Below the pieces are notes generated by a model. That model made no database searches, was not told the origin of the DNA, and was given only the letters and a program-made list of their open reading frames with translations. This document shows, in pieces, positions 39,857 to 53,709 of a DNA stretch of 64,000 nucleotides. This DNA comes from Eledone cirrhosa. Lineage: Eukaryota. The stretch lies in the NCBI GenBank assembly GCA_964016885.1, contig OZ024741.1, positions 239,506,001 through 239,570,000 on the forward strand. The letters run 5' to 3'. Positions within the stretch are counted from its first letter, which is position 1. Each line of letters begins with the position of its first letter. Both the position numbers and the translations under genes were made by a program.

Positions 39857-42800
39857 TTAACTGACAACATCTGGTGTTGAAGGTAACTGTCTCTCTGGAG
39901 GTTTCACATATCTGTCTTGGTAATGGTCTCTCTCATTGTTGCTTGAGACATCAGGTGGGACACCATAGATTCCTGAAACAAGTACATCAACTCAACTTAC
40001 TACAGAGTTCATATATATAATATTTACTGACTGCACGAATACTGTTAACTGGTGACATTAGGAGTTTCAGGTCTTTTAACATCAGATACTCTCACCCAGG
40101 TGCCTCAGCCAGAATTTGTGGCCATGTGTCTCTTCCCATACATGGTGTGCATCTTCAAAATTACAGCTATTTTGAAGCAACTTCTGCTACCTCGGTGTGG
40201 TTAATGTGATGGTCCTTTGACAACTGGCTCCTGTAAAACCCAACAACATGTGGCTGTGTTAAGGGGATGGCCTAAAACCATCCTACCTCAATGGACTTAC
40301 ACCTCATTTACTACCCATTGCTCTGGCAAACTTTCACAAGCCATGTATACATCATCCTCATCTTCTCATTGGCTTCCTTAATGCAATACTGTGAGGAAAT
40401 GGAGAGTTCTATAAGAACTACCTGCTTGGAAGCTTCTGAGGACAGCAGTATGTCTGACCTTAGTGAAGCTGTGGTCAGTTTCTAGAAAGTTAAGTTATTT
40501 CCCCAAATCATTAAGGATTGCATTACAACCTCCAGTAGATGGTCATAGCATCTACAGTGACACCCATTGTTCAGGGATTTGGGGCAGCTACTGAAGATGT
40601 GAACCAAGGTCAATTTTCCTTTGTACAAAGAGCAGGTTGGAGACTCCATCTTCCCCCAGCAGAACAAGTCTGTTGAGTTAGCAGAATGGCAATACACTGA
40701 CAAAACTAAGAGGTTAATTTGATGGGGGGTTGGCTTTCCAAAGCTCAGGTCATAAAACTTTCCACATCAATGCTTAATCCCATCTTGTCTAGGCTCTCTA
40801 TTGCTACATTCCAACCATCCTGCTGGGTCACTCCTTAATAAATGTGTGTACCTCATTCTGGATCAACAATCATTAGTCCTTCACCTGAACTTTGCCACAG
40901 TGATATGTGCTGCTTCTTAGGTCAGCCCTTCCATGAGGCACTATACCCCCAAACACCTCGTGCTGTAGTCATGACTTTGCAGTATCCAGACTACACTAGC
41001 CTCTATTTCCATCTTGTCTTGACCCCAATACATACCTAAATGTCTTTTAGGTCACAAGACTCACAATATTGTTGAATCCCCATAATATGAGCAACCATGA
41101 AGTCATGCTTCAGGCTACTGAAAGAGAATTTCAGTTTATGGTAATGCTTAAAGAGAGTGATGATTAAAACTTAATGACAGATTGTTTTGAAATTAGATGT
41201 TATCATAGAAAAATTGAATGAATGAAATTGCTTTACCTGACATTGCTGGTATTTCTTCATACTGTCTACTCGACCTTTCACTCCAGCACTGTCCACTCTT
41301 ACGACTGGTCAATGTATCAGTGGGATAGTTAGAAGATGGTTTGTTGTCCCCATAAGATGTCACCTCTATAGGTTGACTGTATTTCTGCAGTACAATATAG
41401 TTAAAATATAGATAGCATAAGAGAAATCAAATGCTGTGTGCAGGAGAGGCGGTTGCGCTGGTATGGACATGTGATGCGTATGAAGGATGAAAGCTGCATA
41501 AAAAGGTGCAGAGCACTAGAAGTTGATGGAAACCGCGGAGTGGAGAGACCCAAGATGACCTGGGATGAGGTGATAAAAGCCGACCTTACCCAATTACACC
41601 TCTCAAAGGCAATGACACACGACCGTGACCTCTGGCGTCACGCAGTAATACAGAGTACCCGACCTCCCATGGGTACAAGCTGAAGCATATAGACAATATG
41701 CCCCCACCGCAAGGTGGTCGTGGAGGTGCCACGGCAAAAAAGCACCACCCAGCCCACACTGTAAAGTGGACGTGTAGGCGCCACGAAAAAGCACCCAGCA
41801 CTCACTGTAAATGAGGTTGGTGTTAGGAAGGGCATCCAGCTGTAGAAATCAAGCCAAATCAGTTCCTGTATGAGCAAGGCATGGTCAGCCGACCAGACAC
41901 TGCCCACAACAGGACAACCCGTCTCACCCATGCTAGCGTGGAAGAACGGACGTAAAACGGTGATGATGATGATGATGATAGCATGTAAACATATCATTAA
42001 AGACAATATATCTAATATATACTAAATTTCCTATATTGATAGGTACATGAATATTGTTAAAATATTAGACAATTGTATACAAAAGCATCAATTATATAGA
42101 CCCTTCTACTTCATCATTTTCATTTATACCATAGAAAATGTATACAGTACATTTTATTTTATGGCTTACTCTAAGGTATAAACATTTCCTTTCTTGTTCT
42201 TCCTTTCTTAGTGATAAGTTCATATTGTGTGTGAGTTTGTGATACAAGGTTGTAGTCATACCAGGCTGGAAATTTGAAAAGTACCATTACAGAAGAACTG
42301 TTTACAGAACAATCTGAATTCCAAAAAGATAGCTAATATCTTATTGACATAGTATAAAAGAGACTGTCTAAAATCAAAGTGATTCATAGACTGTAATGTC
42401 TGAAAACATCATTGATATTCCTGATGGGATTTTTAAAGGTTCATTAAACAAAATACAACTTAGAACATGAAAACAACAGTAAATCTTGGATTATCTCAGA
42501 TTTAAAAAAAAAAACAAAAATTCATTTCTCATCTCCACAACATAATGGGTTTTTTTTTCAACCAGAAATAGTTTATATTATATAAATCAATTAGTAAAGA
42601 AATTAGTAATTTAAACTGTGCAAACTAAAATATTCATGTTCATGATACTTATTGAAATATACACACGTGGACATGCCAACAAAGTCAGAAAACAACACAG
42701 CTCCCATGACTTTCGGAAACATTTTTTCACACTCAGAGTTGCTGAATCATGGAACAAACTATCTGCATCAGTTGTTAGCTGTCGAGACACTGCATCCTTT

Positions 42801-45379
42801 AAAACCTCCATGCATCCTGAGATTCGCCAGCACTGCACCTGATGTCCCCCCTCCATACACACGCACACGTATTTCATGACTCATACACTATTCAATACAC
42901 TGTTCATTATCAAGACATTTAAACATTATTCTATGTACTATACATGCACCTTTGATGAGCTATAGTGCACCTGAGCACTGTACACACTAATTTCATTATT
43001 ATTATTAAAATATATAATATAGTTTACCTTTGTGGATTTCTGAAGAGATCTGTTCATTGTTGATGTCTTCCAGTCTTCAGGATAGTAATGACTTCTAGAC
43101 TGACTATATCTGTCTGATATCTCTCCTCGATTACCTGACATCACAGATACACTGTTGTTACCTTGATAGATCAACTGTCTCATCTCATTACGACATTGGT
43201 ATGCCTGTTTCTCTTCTGTTGTTCTAGCTGAGTTATTTCTTACATTGTTACATCTCACAATACACAATGTTATAGAAACCACAATAGCTATAGATACTAT
43301 CACAGCTGCTACTACAATGATAATCAACAATGTTGCATCTATTGTGTTATCAGTTGATACATGGACAGCTGTGAACATTGGTGATGTCTTGTTACTAACA
43401 GTCAGTGTTAAAGAGACACTAGTTGTTGCTGACAGAACTGGAGTACCACTGTCTTTCACAACAAACTCCAGTTGATATGATCCGGCATCATTTTGGTAAA
43501 CTGTACGCGAGTAAGATAAGACACCAGTGAATGAGTCCAGTTTAAATAATTGTTTCTCATTACCTGAAAGGATTTCATACCTGAGAAAAGCATTCATGTG
43601 ACTGTCTAGATCAGAGGCTTTCAGAAGTGTGATGTCATTCTTACTTTGTGGATGATAGTGGACATCAAGAGTGAAAGGGTCAACACTAGGAAATGTAAAA
43701 TATGGAGCATTATCATTTTTATCTAATACTTCCACTTCAACATTTACTGTGTTATTTAGAGATGGTGTTCCATTGTCTTTGACTAAAACCTCAAAGTCAT
43801 AGAAATCTCTGTGTTCTCTGTCTAAAGATTGGTTTGTTGAAATAAAGCCAGAGTTGATAATCTGGAATGGTAGACGATATTGGTGTTTATTTCTCAGATA
43901 ATAACTTAATTCACCTCCCTTACCAACATCTGGGTCTGTAGCATTGATAAAACCAATAGGGAAATTAGCTTTGTCATTCTCATAGGTAAGGAACTTGAAT
44001 GTATCTTTGGTAAAGTGTGGTTTTACATCATTCACATCTAACACTTGTATTGAGAGATCTTTATCAGTTTTGAGAGGAGGTAATCCTTTATCTTGACAGG
44101 AGACAGTAAAGTGATAATGTTCCTGTGTCTCTCTGTCTACTGCTTTCTTTAGAACTATTTTATATTCCTTAGATCCCATTGACTGTAATTTGAATGTATC
44201 ATGTTTGATATTACAGCTGACCTCTCCATTATGTCCAACATCATTGTCAGTGACCATCACATAAGCAATGAAACTACCAACTTTGATATCTTCCAGAATG
44301 GTAGCTGTGTTGTGATTCTCTGTAGAAATATAGTTGACATCAATATTTGGAGGATTGTTGTGTTGGTTGATAACATTTACCATAACAGTTGCTATGGCAC
44401 TGAGAGGAGGGCTGCCTTCATCTCTAGCTTCAATATATAATTTAAAAGACTCTTCTATATCCATTTCTGAAAATTTAGCTAAATACAACTTTCCAGTATT
44501 TTCATCTAAATTGAAGTGTTTTGTCACCTTTTCAATAGTTTTCCTAGCAAAATAGAAAGATATTTTACCATTCCTGCCAGTATCTAAATCTTTTGCAGAT
44601 AATGTCACTACTGGAATATTCTTTTTATGGTCATGTTTTATAGAGACATTGTAGATACTTTTGGAAAATTGTGGTGGGTTATCATTTTCATCTTCTACAG
44701 ATATTTTAACATTTAAAATACTTTGTTTTGGTGGAGTTCCTCCATCTTTAGCAATGACTTCAATATTGTAGCTGTCTTTTTTTTCTCTGTCTAATTTATC
44801 TTTCAAAATAATTCCTATTGTTGATATTTCATCAGTTTGTTTAGAGACTGATAAGGAAAAATATTCATTATGCTTTTTTAATTCATATGTAATTAAGCTG
44901 TTCTCATATCCCACATCTTTGTCAACAGCATTAGGTATGGCTTTCTTCATACCTTTACCATCTCCTTCCCTAAAATTAAGTGTGATGTCTTTCTCAGGAA
45001 ACTCAGGTTGGTGGTCATTGATGTCTTCTATTATGACTTTAATTTTTAATATCTTCATAAATGTCTTGGATTTGTGAACAGCAACTTTAACTATTTCAAA
45101 ACATTCTTTCTCATAACTACACACAGACTCAGCATCCAATGTCTGAACAGTGTACAGTTTACCTGTTTTTGTCACATTGAACAATTGTTCTCCCTTTTGT
45201 TGTAGTTGACTAAATGTAATTAAATCCTTATTCTGTAAGAAGGAGCTATCTGATGTCTGTAAGTCAGTAGCAATGTCCCCTATATAAGTATAGGGATTAC
45301 TCTCTTCTTTAACATGGTATGTGATATCTTCACTTAGATAACAGTGAAACAAAGTCAGTAAAATACACAGAAATAACAT
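39857..45379 (-). CDS. Pcdh: Protocadherin gene G, ~871 aa (ends PDVVS*)
   Basis: Exons 45379-43028, 41384-41237, 39972-39857 (3 nt shorter); intact frame. Confidence 0.93.
40035..41140 (-). mobile_element. Second copy of the RLE-type retrotransposon fragment (co-duplicated with the gene)
   Basis: Nearly identical to 23840-24945 and at the same position in the last intron. Confidence 0.7.
41419..41976 (+). mobile_element. 5'-truncated RTE-clade LINE
   Basis: QERRLRWYGHVMRM...GNRGVERPKMTWDEVIKADL is typical of the RTE C-terminus; (GAT)n tail; flanking direct repeat gatagcat; absent from the same intron of genes D and E. Confidence 0.8.
42660..43006 (+). mobile_element. 3' fragment of a CR1/L2-like LINE
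   Basis: TRGHANKVRK...RKHFFTLRVAESWNKL...FK, a CR1-group C-terminal signature; (ATT)n tail. Confidence 0.75.
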
Positions 45380-46339
45380 CTCTGCTCTTGATGGTAATAC
45401 AGTATCCTGGAAAAATTACAGCTTCAAATATTCTATCTGAAACGGAAACAATTTCAATATATTAATGGATTCTGATAAGTTAGGGCTTATCTTGCCTTTT
45501 TCATGAAATTCTCATTGATCAAACTTAACATCTTGTAATTAAGAAATATCTGCTGTATCCTTAATATATTCTGAAAATACAGAGTGACAATTACAGTTAT
45601 GATGCCTGCATGAGAAACATGACAGCACTCAATATTAATACAAAATCTGGGAGAGCCTATCATATGACTAGTACCTTGAACTGGTAAAAAAAATTATTGA
45701 AGCAAATCTGTTGGGCATTGCAGGAGAAAAGCAAGCATGAAGAAAACAGCACAAAAGTACTAACAGACCAATGAACACAGATAGGTGAGACCTCTGCATG
45801 GATTAGACTTTTCACCCACAAGCAGCACTACTTTTAAATATAAAATGAACAAATTTAAACCTGCATCAATGCTTTCTCTTTTGTTTTTAAATAAAATATA
45901 TTTTTAGTAAGATGATATCTACGTAATATTGGATTCAACTCACATATATTACTTCTATTTTACATGAGATATTGAAATAGGAGTTCAACATGGAAACATG
46001 GAGGTTAACCGGTGATGATGATGATATCAAATATTAATGGGAAATATCAAGTTGGGAAACTATTAAAATATAGACGTTACTTAAGATGGCGTCCTGAGTT
46101 ATCTCTCTTGAATAAGAAATAATTTCAGATGTTACACAATTTTCAACAAAACAATAATAATAATAATTGTTTCTACTTTTGGCACAAGGCCAGCAATTAC
46201 CTCAGTGCATTACTGGTAATTTTATTTTATCGACCCCGTAAGGATGAAAGGCAAAGTTAATCTCGGTTGTGATGTTGGTCACCTATTGTGTATAACTGGG
46301 TTTAATTACATATTGAAATTTCTCAAGTTTTATCTATAT

Positions 46340-46638
46340 TATTTCGGAAACATTTTTTCACGCTCAGAGTTGCTGAAGCATGGAACAAACTACCTGCATC
46401 AGTTATTAGCTGTTGAAACACTGCATCCTTTAAAACCTCCATGCTTCCTGAGATTCGCCAACACTACACCTAATATTCACCATCCATACACATACACACA
46501 TGTATATCATGACTCGTACACTATTCACTTCTCTGACATTTGTATATTATTCTATGTACTATACATGCACCTTTGACGAGTTGTAGTGCACCTGAGCACT
46601 TTACACAATAATTTCATTATTATATTATTCATTATTAT
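46340..46638 (+). mobile_element. 3' fragment of the same CR1/L2-like LINE family
   Basis: High similarity to 42700-43006; ATT-rich tail. Confidence 0.7.
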
Positions 46639-48385
46639 TAAACAGTATTGATGTCTATTGACTAACTGCTATTGATATATTCAGATATATATTAAAAACT
46701 AAATCAGATTTGATATTGTTAACATTACTACTTTAATAATTCTTCTCTCAAATATGATACATAATATTCTCCACTAATACTGCCAAACCAATAATAGTAA
46801 TAATGTTGTGATGTTAGTCACCTATTGTGTATTCTGTAAAACTGGACGGAATTACAGAATGAAATTTTTCAAGTATTATAATTTATATTAAATAGTATTG
46901 ACAAGATATCTGTTGTCAAACTGCTACTGATATATTCAGGTATATATTAAAAACTGAATCACATTTGATATTGTTAATATTACCACTTCAGTCATTGTTC
47001 ACTTAGAAATAACACATAACATTTTATCAAAACCTGCAGTTAAAATACTTTATAATTGAAACGTCATGGAAGTCACCTTAAATAGAAAGAATTATTTCGA
47101 CTGCATGAACTAATTAATTTTTAAAATTTGTTATATCAGCAACTTGCAGCTTTTTTTCATTTTGCTTACAAAGTATTTATGAATTAAAGTATGAAACAAG
47201 AGATAATGCATTTTTCGTAACAGGACTTCATAACAATAAATTGTGGAAGTATTAATCTGAATATATTAAATTTAACACTATAACAGAATATATATATTTT
47301 GTTTAAATATCAAACTAACAAATTTCCATTTAACTGTTTTCTACAGTAGAAAATAAATAAAATGATGTGAAAAGAAAATCTAAAATAAATTCTTAATGAA
47401 CTTCTCTTTCTAATTACTTTTGAAGTATGAATAAAAAAATTTTGTGTCAAACATTGTTAGTCACATATTAAATTGGTCCATCATGTGAATATTTGTTATA
47501 TAAGATTTACAAGATTATTGTAATTTAACCCAATGTAAACTACTCTACAGTAGATCTAGGTTCAAAAACATTTCTGCCACAACCATCCATAATTTGTGTT
47601 ATGTTGCAAAAGAAAATATTTGGCAGATTGAAATACATGTATGAATAGATAGCAAGCCACAATTAATACATCAATATTGCTTATGTAGGATTAAAGCTGA
47701 AGAATCCTTATATCTTGTCTTCCTAAATGTTAATAAAAATTATAGCAGGAAATTATAGAAATAACAGGGATATATTTGGCCTACTATCTAAAACATATAA
47801 ATGAGAGTATATTTAAAACACTAAAGATAATTTCAAAAATAGAATTCATAGATATCAAATTAATATCTTCCTATAAGCTTCAATAGACATGTACACAGAA
47901 ATAAAGACTTACACACACATACACATATGTGTATGTGTGTGCGTGTGTGTATAGACATACAGAATTTTGTATATAATTTTATAATACTCTTATCAACATT
48001 ACTGTATATATTTCACAATCATTCTTGTTCAATATTTAGTATGTACTAAAACCATATAATGTCTAACTGAATAATTCAGTTGAAATATATATTGAGTTAT
48101 GTTAAAATATAATAAACAAAATACATATTGTAAATACATCAAAGATGATAGCAAATATTTCCAGAAGTATGTTATATAAAACTACAATTCAACATATATT
48201 CCTCTCCTTCATTGTTTCCTACAAAATACTTGATAGCCATGTTGGTAAAGAAGCCATTCAATGAGAAATAACAAAAATCTAATATGTCCACCATTGCAAT
48301 ATTATATTTTGATGTTTTAATATAGCTATGTATGAAGTTATTATTTTACATGACTGGATAAATAATATAGAATAATAAAACTTAC

Positions 48386-48795
48386 ATTCATTGTGTAAAA
48401 TCCTTTGTTATAAACTGAGTTGGTCCCAATGTTCTGTTGTTAATGGTTGTCTGTGTCACTGCTGCTATGGTGTGACAATGGCTTCATGTTGATGGAATAG
48501 TGTTGGTAGTGAGTCAGTGGGAACCAGCAGTTCCTCTCAGTCTTCTGTGTATGTGTGATGTTTACTGAGTGTGAGTGTGTGAGAGAGAGAGATGTGAGGG
48601 AGGGTGATGCTTACTCCAGCCTCACTCAGACTAGATGTGTTTCCCCTCACAGAGAAGAGGGAGAAAGAAGACACAATATCAGCTCCACTAACAGTCAGCC
48701 ATAATATGTCTATATAATACCAACATGTCTGATGTAGAGAGACTGACATAGAAATACTTAGAAGTGAGAGGTTATATTAACAAAATATGGCTGAT
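48386..48795 (-). promoter_or_regulatory. Conserved promoter + putative leader exon of gene G (exon ~48566-48386)
   Basis: Same block; donor at 48386/48385; large exon begins at 45436. Confidence 0.6.
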
Positions 48796-49102
48796 GTTAA
48801 TCTTTGTGTAATATAAAATATAAATACAATATTGACAATAATGGTTAGTGTGTCTGACCTAATTCAGGATATACTTAGAAAATGTTAAAGATGACATGTA
48901 ATCTATGTAAAATATAATGTATTTTGTATTTATTTAAATTTATATTAAAATTCAATTTACCAGGGAAGTAGTCTATATTATTCCTATACAAATTTCACTT
49001 ACATTTCCCTTATTATTATCAACTAACTAATATACTTTTGTTGTTTTAACTATTCTCTGAAGATTGAAGGTGATATTTCTGTTGTTAATTTCTCAGTCTG
49101 AC

Positions 49103-52100
49103 TTAGTTACCTTCAACACCAGATGTTGTTGCTAGTTGTCTCTCTGGAGGTTTCACATATCTGTCTTGGTAATGGTCTCTCTCATTGTTGCTTGACACAT
49201 CAGGTGGGACACCATAGATTCCTGAAACAAGTACATCAACCCAACTTACTATATAGTTCACAAAGACAGTCAATAGTTATTTACTGACATCAGTTATCAA
49301 TCTTTTGTCCGCTAGATTCACTGGATTAAGATATATAATATCAATCATTAAAGAATTAATAGTACACCATACAATTACATCTTTACAATCTTAAACACAT
49401 CAATAAACCACTGACTAGTTGAATAAAGCGATATATTTAGTAATTTAAGACAAACATTAAATTATCAAAATATTAGTCATATATTAGTAGTAATATAGTG
49501 ACAAAATGAGTAAAAATAATTATGAACATCAGAACACAATGCTTTTTTTAGATAATACTTTGATATGTAACACTGAGAAAGACGATAAACACAGTAATAA
49601 AGATATTGTTTTACCTGACATTGCTGGTATTTCTTCATACTGTCTACTTGACCTTTCACTCCAGCACTGTCCACTACTCTTACGACTGGTCAATGTATCA
49701 GTGGGATAGTTAGAAGATGGTCTGTTGTCTCCATAAGATGTCACCTCTATAGGTTGACTGTATTTCTGATTTAAAATACAGTTACAAGATAGAGTATAGG
49801 GATATTTAGGACAATGTACCTAAAATATACTAAATTTTGAGATATTGATGAGCACATGTATACTTTTGAAATATTCAATTATTTTTTATAAAAGAATCAA
49901 CTATGTAGATCCTCTTTATTTGATCCTTTTTCACCATACCAAAGAACAAGTGTACCACCATGCATTTTGGTGGTAAAAACCCAGCGTCCACATACACCCT
50001 CCACAACACTAATATCAAGAAGTCTTCTTGTGAACGTGACCTGGGTATTACTGTCAGCAGCGATTTGCGTTGGATTAAGCACGTCTCTAGCATTGTCAAG
50101 AAGGCTGAGGGTGTCTTAGCATCACTCAACAAGACTTGTCAGCCGCTCTCCAGCTATCTATTTAAAGCTGTCATCATCATCATCTTTGTTTAACGTCCAT
50201 TTTCCATACTACCATGGGTTATAGCTATAGTGCGGCCACACTTAGAATTTGAATCACCAGTCTGGAACCCGTATCTTGCTCAGAACATTGATGGCCTGGA
50301 AACTGTTCAGAGATGTGCAACCAAGTGAATACCCTCCATCAGGCATCTACCTTACTCTGAACGCCTTGCTTCCCTGGGCATGGATACATTGAAGCTCCAA
50401 CGTCTGGCAACTGACTTGGTAAACACCCACAAAATTATTAACCATCTTGCCAACAACAACCCTGAGTACCTTTTTGACTTCCATGTGGACATGCCTACAA
50501 AGTCAGAAAATAGCACAGCTCCCATGACTTTCAGAAAGATTCTTTCACACTCAGAGTTGCTGAAGCATGGAACAAACTACCTGCATCAGTTGTTAGCTGT
50601 CGAGACACTGCATCCTTTAAAACCTCCATGCTTCCTGAGATTCACCAACACTACAGCTAATATCTCCTCCCCATACACACGCACACATGTATATTATGGC
50701 TCATACACTATTCACTTCCCTGACATTTGTATATTATTCTATGTACTATACATGCACCTTTGGTGAGTTGTAGTGCACCTGAGCACTACACAATAATTTC
50801 ATTATTATTATATAACATATTCCAAATAATTATTTCATAGCTTATTCTGAAAAATATATCTAAATATACCTTTTTTAGGTCTATCTTAATATTGTGGGTG
50901 AGTATGTAGGTTTTTAGTGCAAATTTGGAGGTATAACAAATTTAGCATGTTTGTCAACAGAAGTACATTTTCCAAAACAATCTGAAATTATCCAAAATAG
51001 ATGATACCAGTGTTAAAATCCTAGTGACAAAGTTGCTCTGGCGACAAATGTCAAGATTCTGGCTCCAGTGTATGACTGCACCCTTTTTTTACAATTCTGT
51101 TCACATTGTACTCGTTAAATATTAATTTACAAAAAAATAGGTATAACATGGATTATCTCATATTTTAAACAAACTGAAAATATCAGCACCTGATAATGTT
51201 TTTTTTTTTTTCCACCAGATATTCTATATTAAAATCGATCAGAAATTAAGCAGCAACCATAAATGGGTAATTCAAACAGTAATATAAAATATTAGGTTTT
51301 ATCATACAAAGTTAAACATTATTTATTAATAGAAAGAAAATATAAAAAATAGGTTACCTTTGTGGATTTCTGAAGAGATCTGTGCATTGTTGATGTCTTC
51401 CAGTCTTCAGGATAGTAATGGCTTCTAGACTGACTATATCTGTCTGATATCTCTCCTCGATTACCTGACATCACAGATACACTGTTGTTACCTTGATAGA
51501 TCAACTGTCTCATCTCATTACGACATTGGTATGCCTGTTTCTCTTCTGTTGTTCTAGCTGAGTTATTTCTCACATTGTTACATCTCACAATACACAATGT
51601 TATAGAAACCACAATAGCTATAGATACTATCACAGCTGCTACTACAATGATAATCAACAATGTTGCATCTATTGTGTTATCAGTTGGTACATGGACAGCT
51701 GTGAACATTGGTGATGTCTTGTTACTAACAGTCAGTGTTAAAGAGACACTAGTTGCTGCTGATAGAACTGGAGTACCACTGTCTTTCACAACAAACTCCA
51801 GTTGATATGATCCGGCATCATTTTGGTAAACTGTGCGAGAATAAGATAAGACACCAGTGAATGAGTCCAGTTTAAATAATTGTTTCTCATTACCTGAAAG
51901 GATTTCATACCTGAGAAAAGCATTCATGTGACTGTCTATATCAGAGGCTTTCAGAAGTGTGATGTCATTCTTACTTTGTGGATGATAGTGGACATCAAGA
52001 GTGAAAGGGTCAACACTAGGAAATGTAAAATATGGAGCATTATCATTTTTATCTAATACTTCCACTTCAACATTCACTGTGTTATTTAGAGATGGTGTTC

Positions 52101-53709
52101 CATTATCTTTGACTAAAACCTCAAAGTCATAGAAATCTCTGTGTTCTCTGTCTAAAGACTGGTTTGTTGAAATAAAGCCAGAGTTGATAATCTGGAATGG
52201 TAGATGATATTGGTGTTTATTTCTCAGATAATAACTTAATTCACCTCCCTTACCAACATCTGGGTCTGTAGCATTGATAAAACCAATAGGGAAATTAGCT
52301 TTGTCATTCTCATAGGTAAGGAACTTGAATGTATCTTTGGTAAAGTGTGGTTTTACATCATTCACATCTAACACTTGTATTGAGAGATCTTTATCAGTTT
52401 TAAGAGAAGGTAATCCTTTATCTTGACAGGAGACAGTAAAGTGATAATGTTCCTGTGTCTCTCTGTCTACTGCTTTCTTTAGAACTATTTTATATTCTTT
52501 AGATCCCATTGACTGTAGTTTGAATGTATCATGTTTGATATTACAGCTGACCTCTCCATTGTGTCCAACATCATTGTCAGTAACCATCACATAAGCAATG
52601 AAACTACCAACTTTGACATCTTCCAGAATGGTAGCTGTGTTGTGATTCTGTGTAGAAATATAGTTAACATCAATATTTGGAGGATTGTTATGTTGGTTAA
52701 TAACATTTACCATAACAGTTGCAATGGAACTAAGAGGAGGGCTGCCTCCATCTCTGGCTTTTATGTATAATTTAAAAGACTCTTCCATATCAATTTCTGA
52801 TGATTTAGCTAAATACAACTTTCCAGTATTTTCATCTAAATCAAAGAATCTTTTCGTTTTCTCTGAAGTTGTCATTGCAAAATAGAAAGATATTTTACCA
52901 TTGCTGCCAACATCTAAATCTTTGGCAGATAATGTCACTACTGGAATATTCTTTTTATGTTTATGTTTTATAGAGACATTGTAGATACTTTGAGAGAATT
53001 TTGGTATATTATCATTTTCATCTTCTACAGATATTTTAACATTTAAAATACTTTGTTTTGGTGGAGTTCCTCCATCTTTAGCAAGGACATCAATGTTGTA
53101 ACTGTCTTTTTTTTCCCTGTCTAATTTCTTTTCTAGAATAATTCTTAATGTTGATATTCCACCAGCTTCCTTGGAAACACTTAACGAAAAGTGTTCCTCG
53201 TCATGTTTCAGTTCATACTTAATTAATCTGTTCTGATACCCAACATCTTTATCCACAGCATTTTCTATTGATCTCTTGGTGCCTTTTCCATCAGTTTCAG
53301 AAAACTGAATATTCACTTGTTCAGTTGGAAACTTAGGTTGGTGGTCATTGATGTCTTCTATTATTACTTTAATTTTTAATATCTTCATAAATGTCTTTGA
53401 TTTGTGAACAGCAACTTTCACTATTTCAAAACATTCTTTCTCATAACTACACACAGACTCAGCATCCAATGTCTGAACAGTGTACAGTTTACCTGTTTTT
53501 GTCACATTAAACAATTGTTCTCCCTTTTGTTGTAATTGACTAAATGTAATTAAATCCTTATTCTTTAAGAAGGAGCTATCTGATGTCTGTAAGTCAGTGG
53601 CAATGTCCCCTACATAAGTATAGGGATTACTCTCTTCTTTAACATGGTATGTGATATGTTCACTTAGATAACAGTGGAAGAAAGTCAGTAAAATACACAG
53701 AAATAACAT
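49103..53709 (-). CDS. Pcdh: Protocadherin gene H, ~873 aa, variant C-terminus QLATTSGVEGN*
   Basis: Exons 53709-51358, 49765-49615, 49221-49103; terminal exon carries a 33-bp in-frame inversion. Confidence 0.92.
49948..50813 (+). mobile_element. Longer 5'-truncated CR1/L2-like LINE
   Basis: KCTTMHFGGKNP...ERDLGITVSSDLRWIKHV, VRPHLEF, VWNPYL and the same 3' end and ATT tail as the other copies. Empty site in gene F near 32560. Confidence 0.8.
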
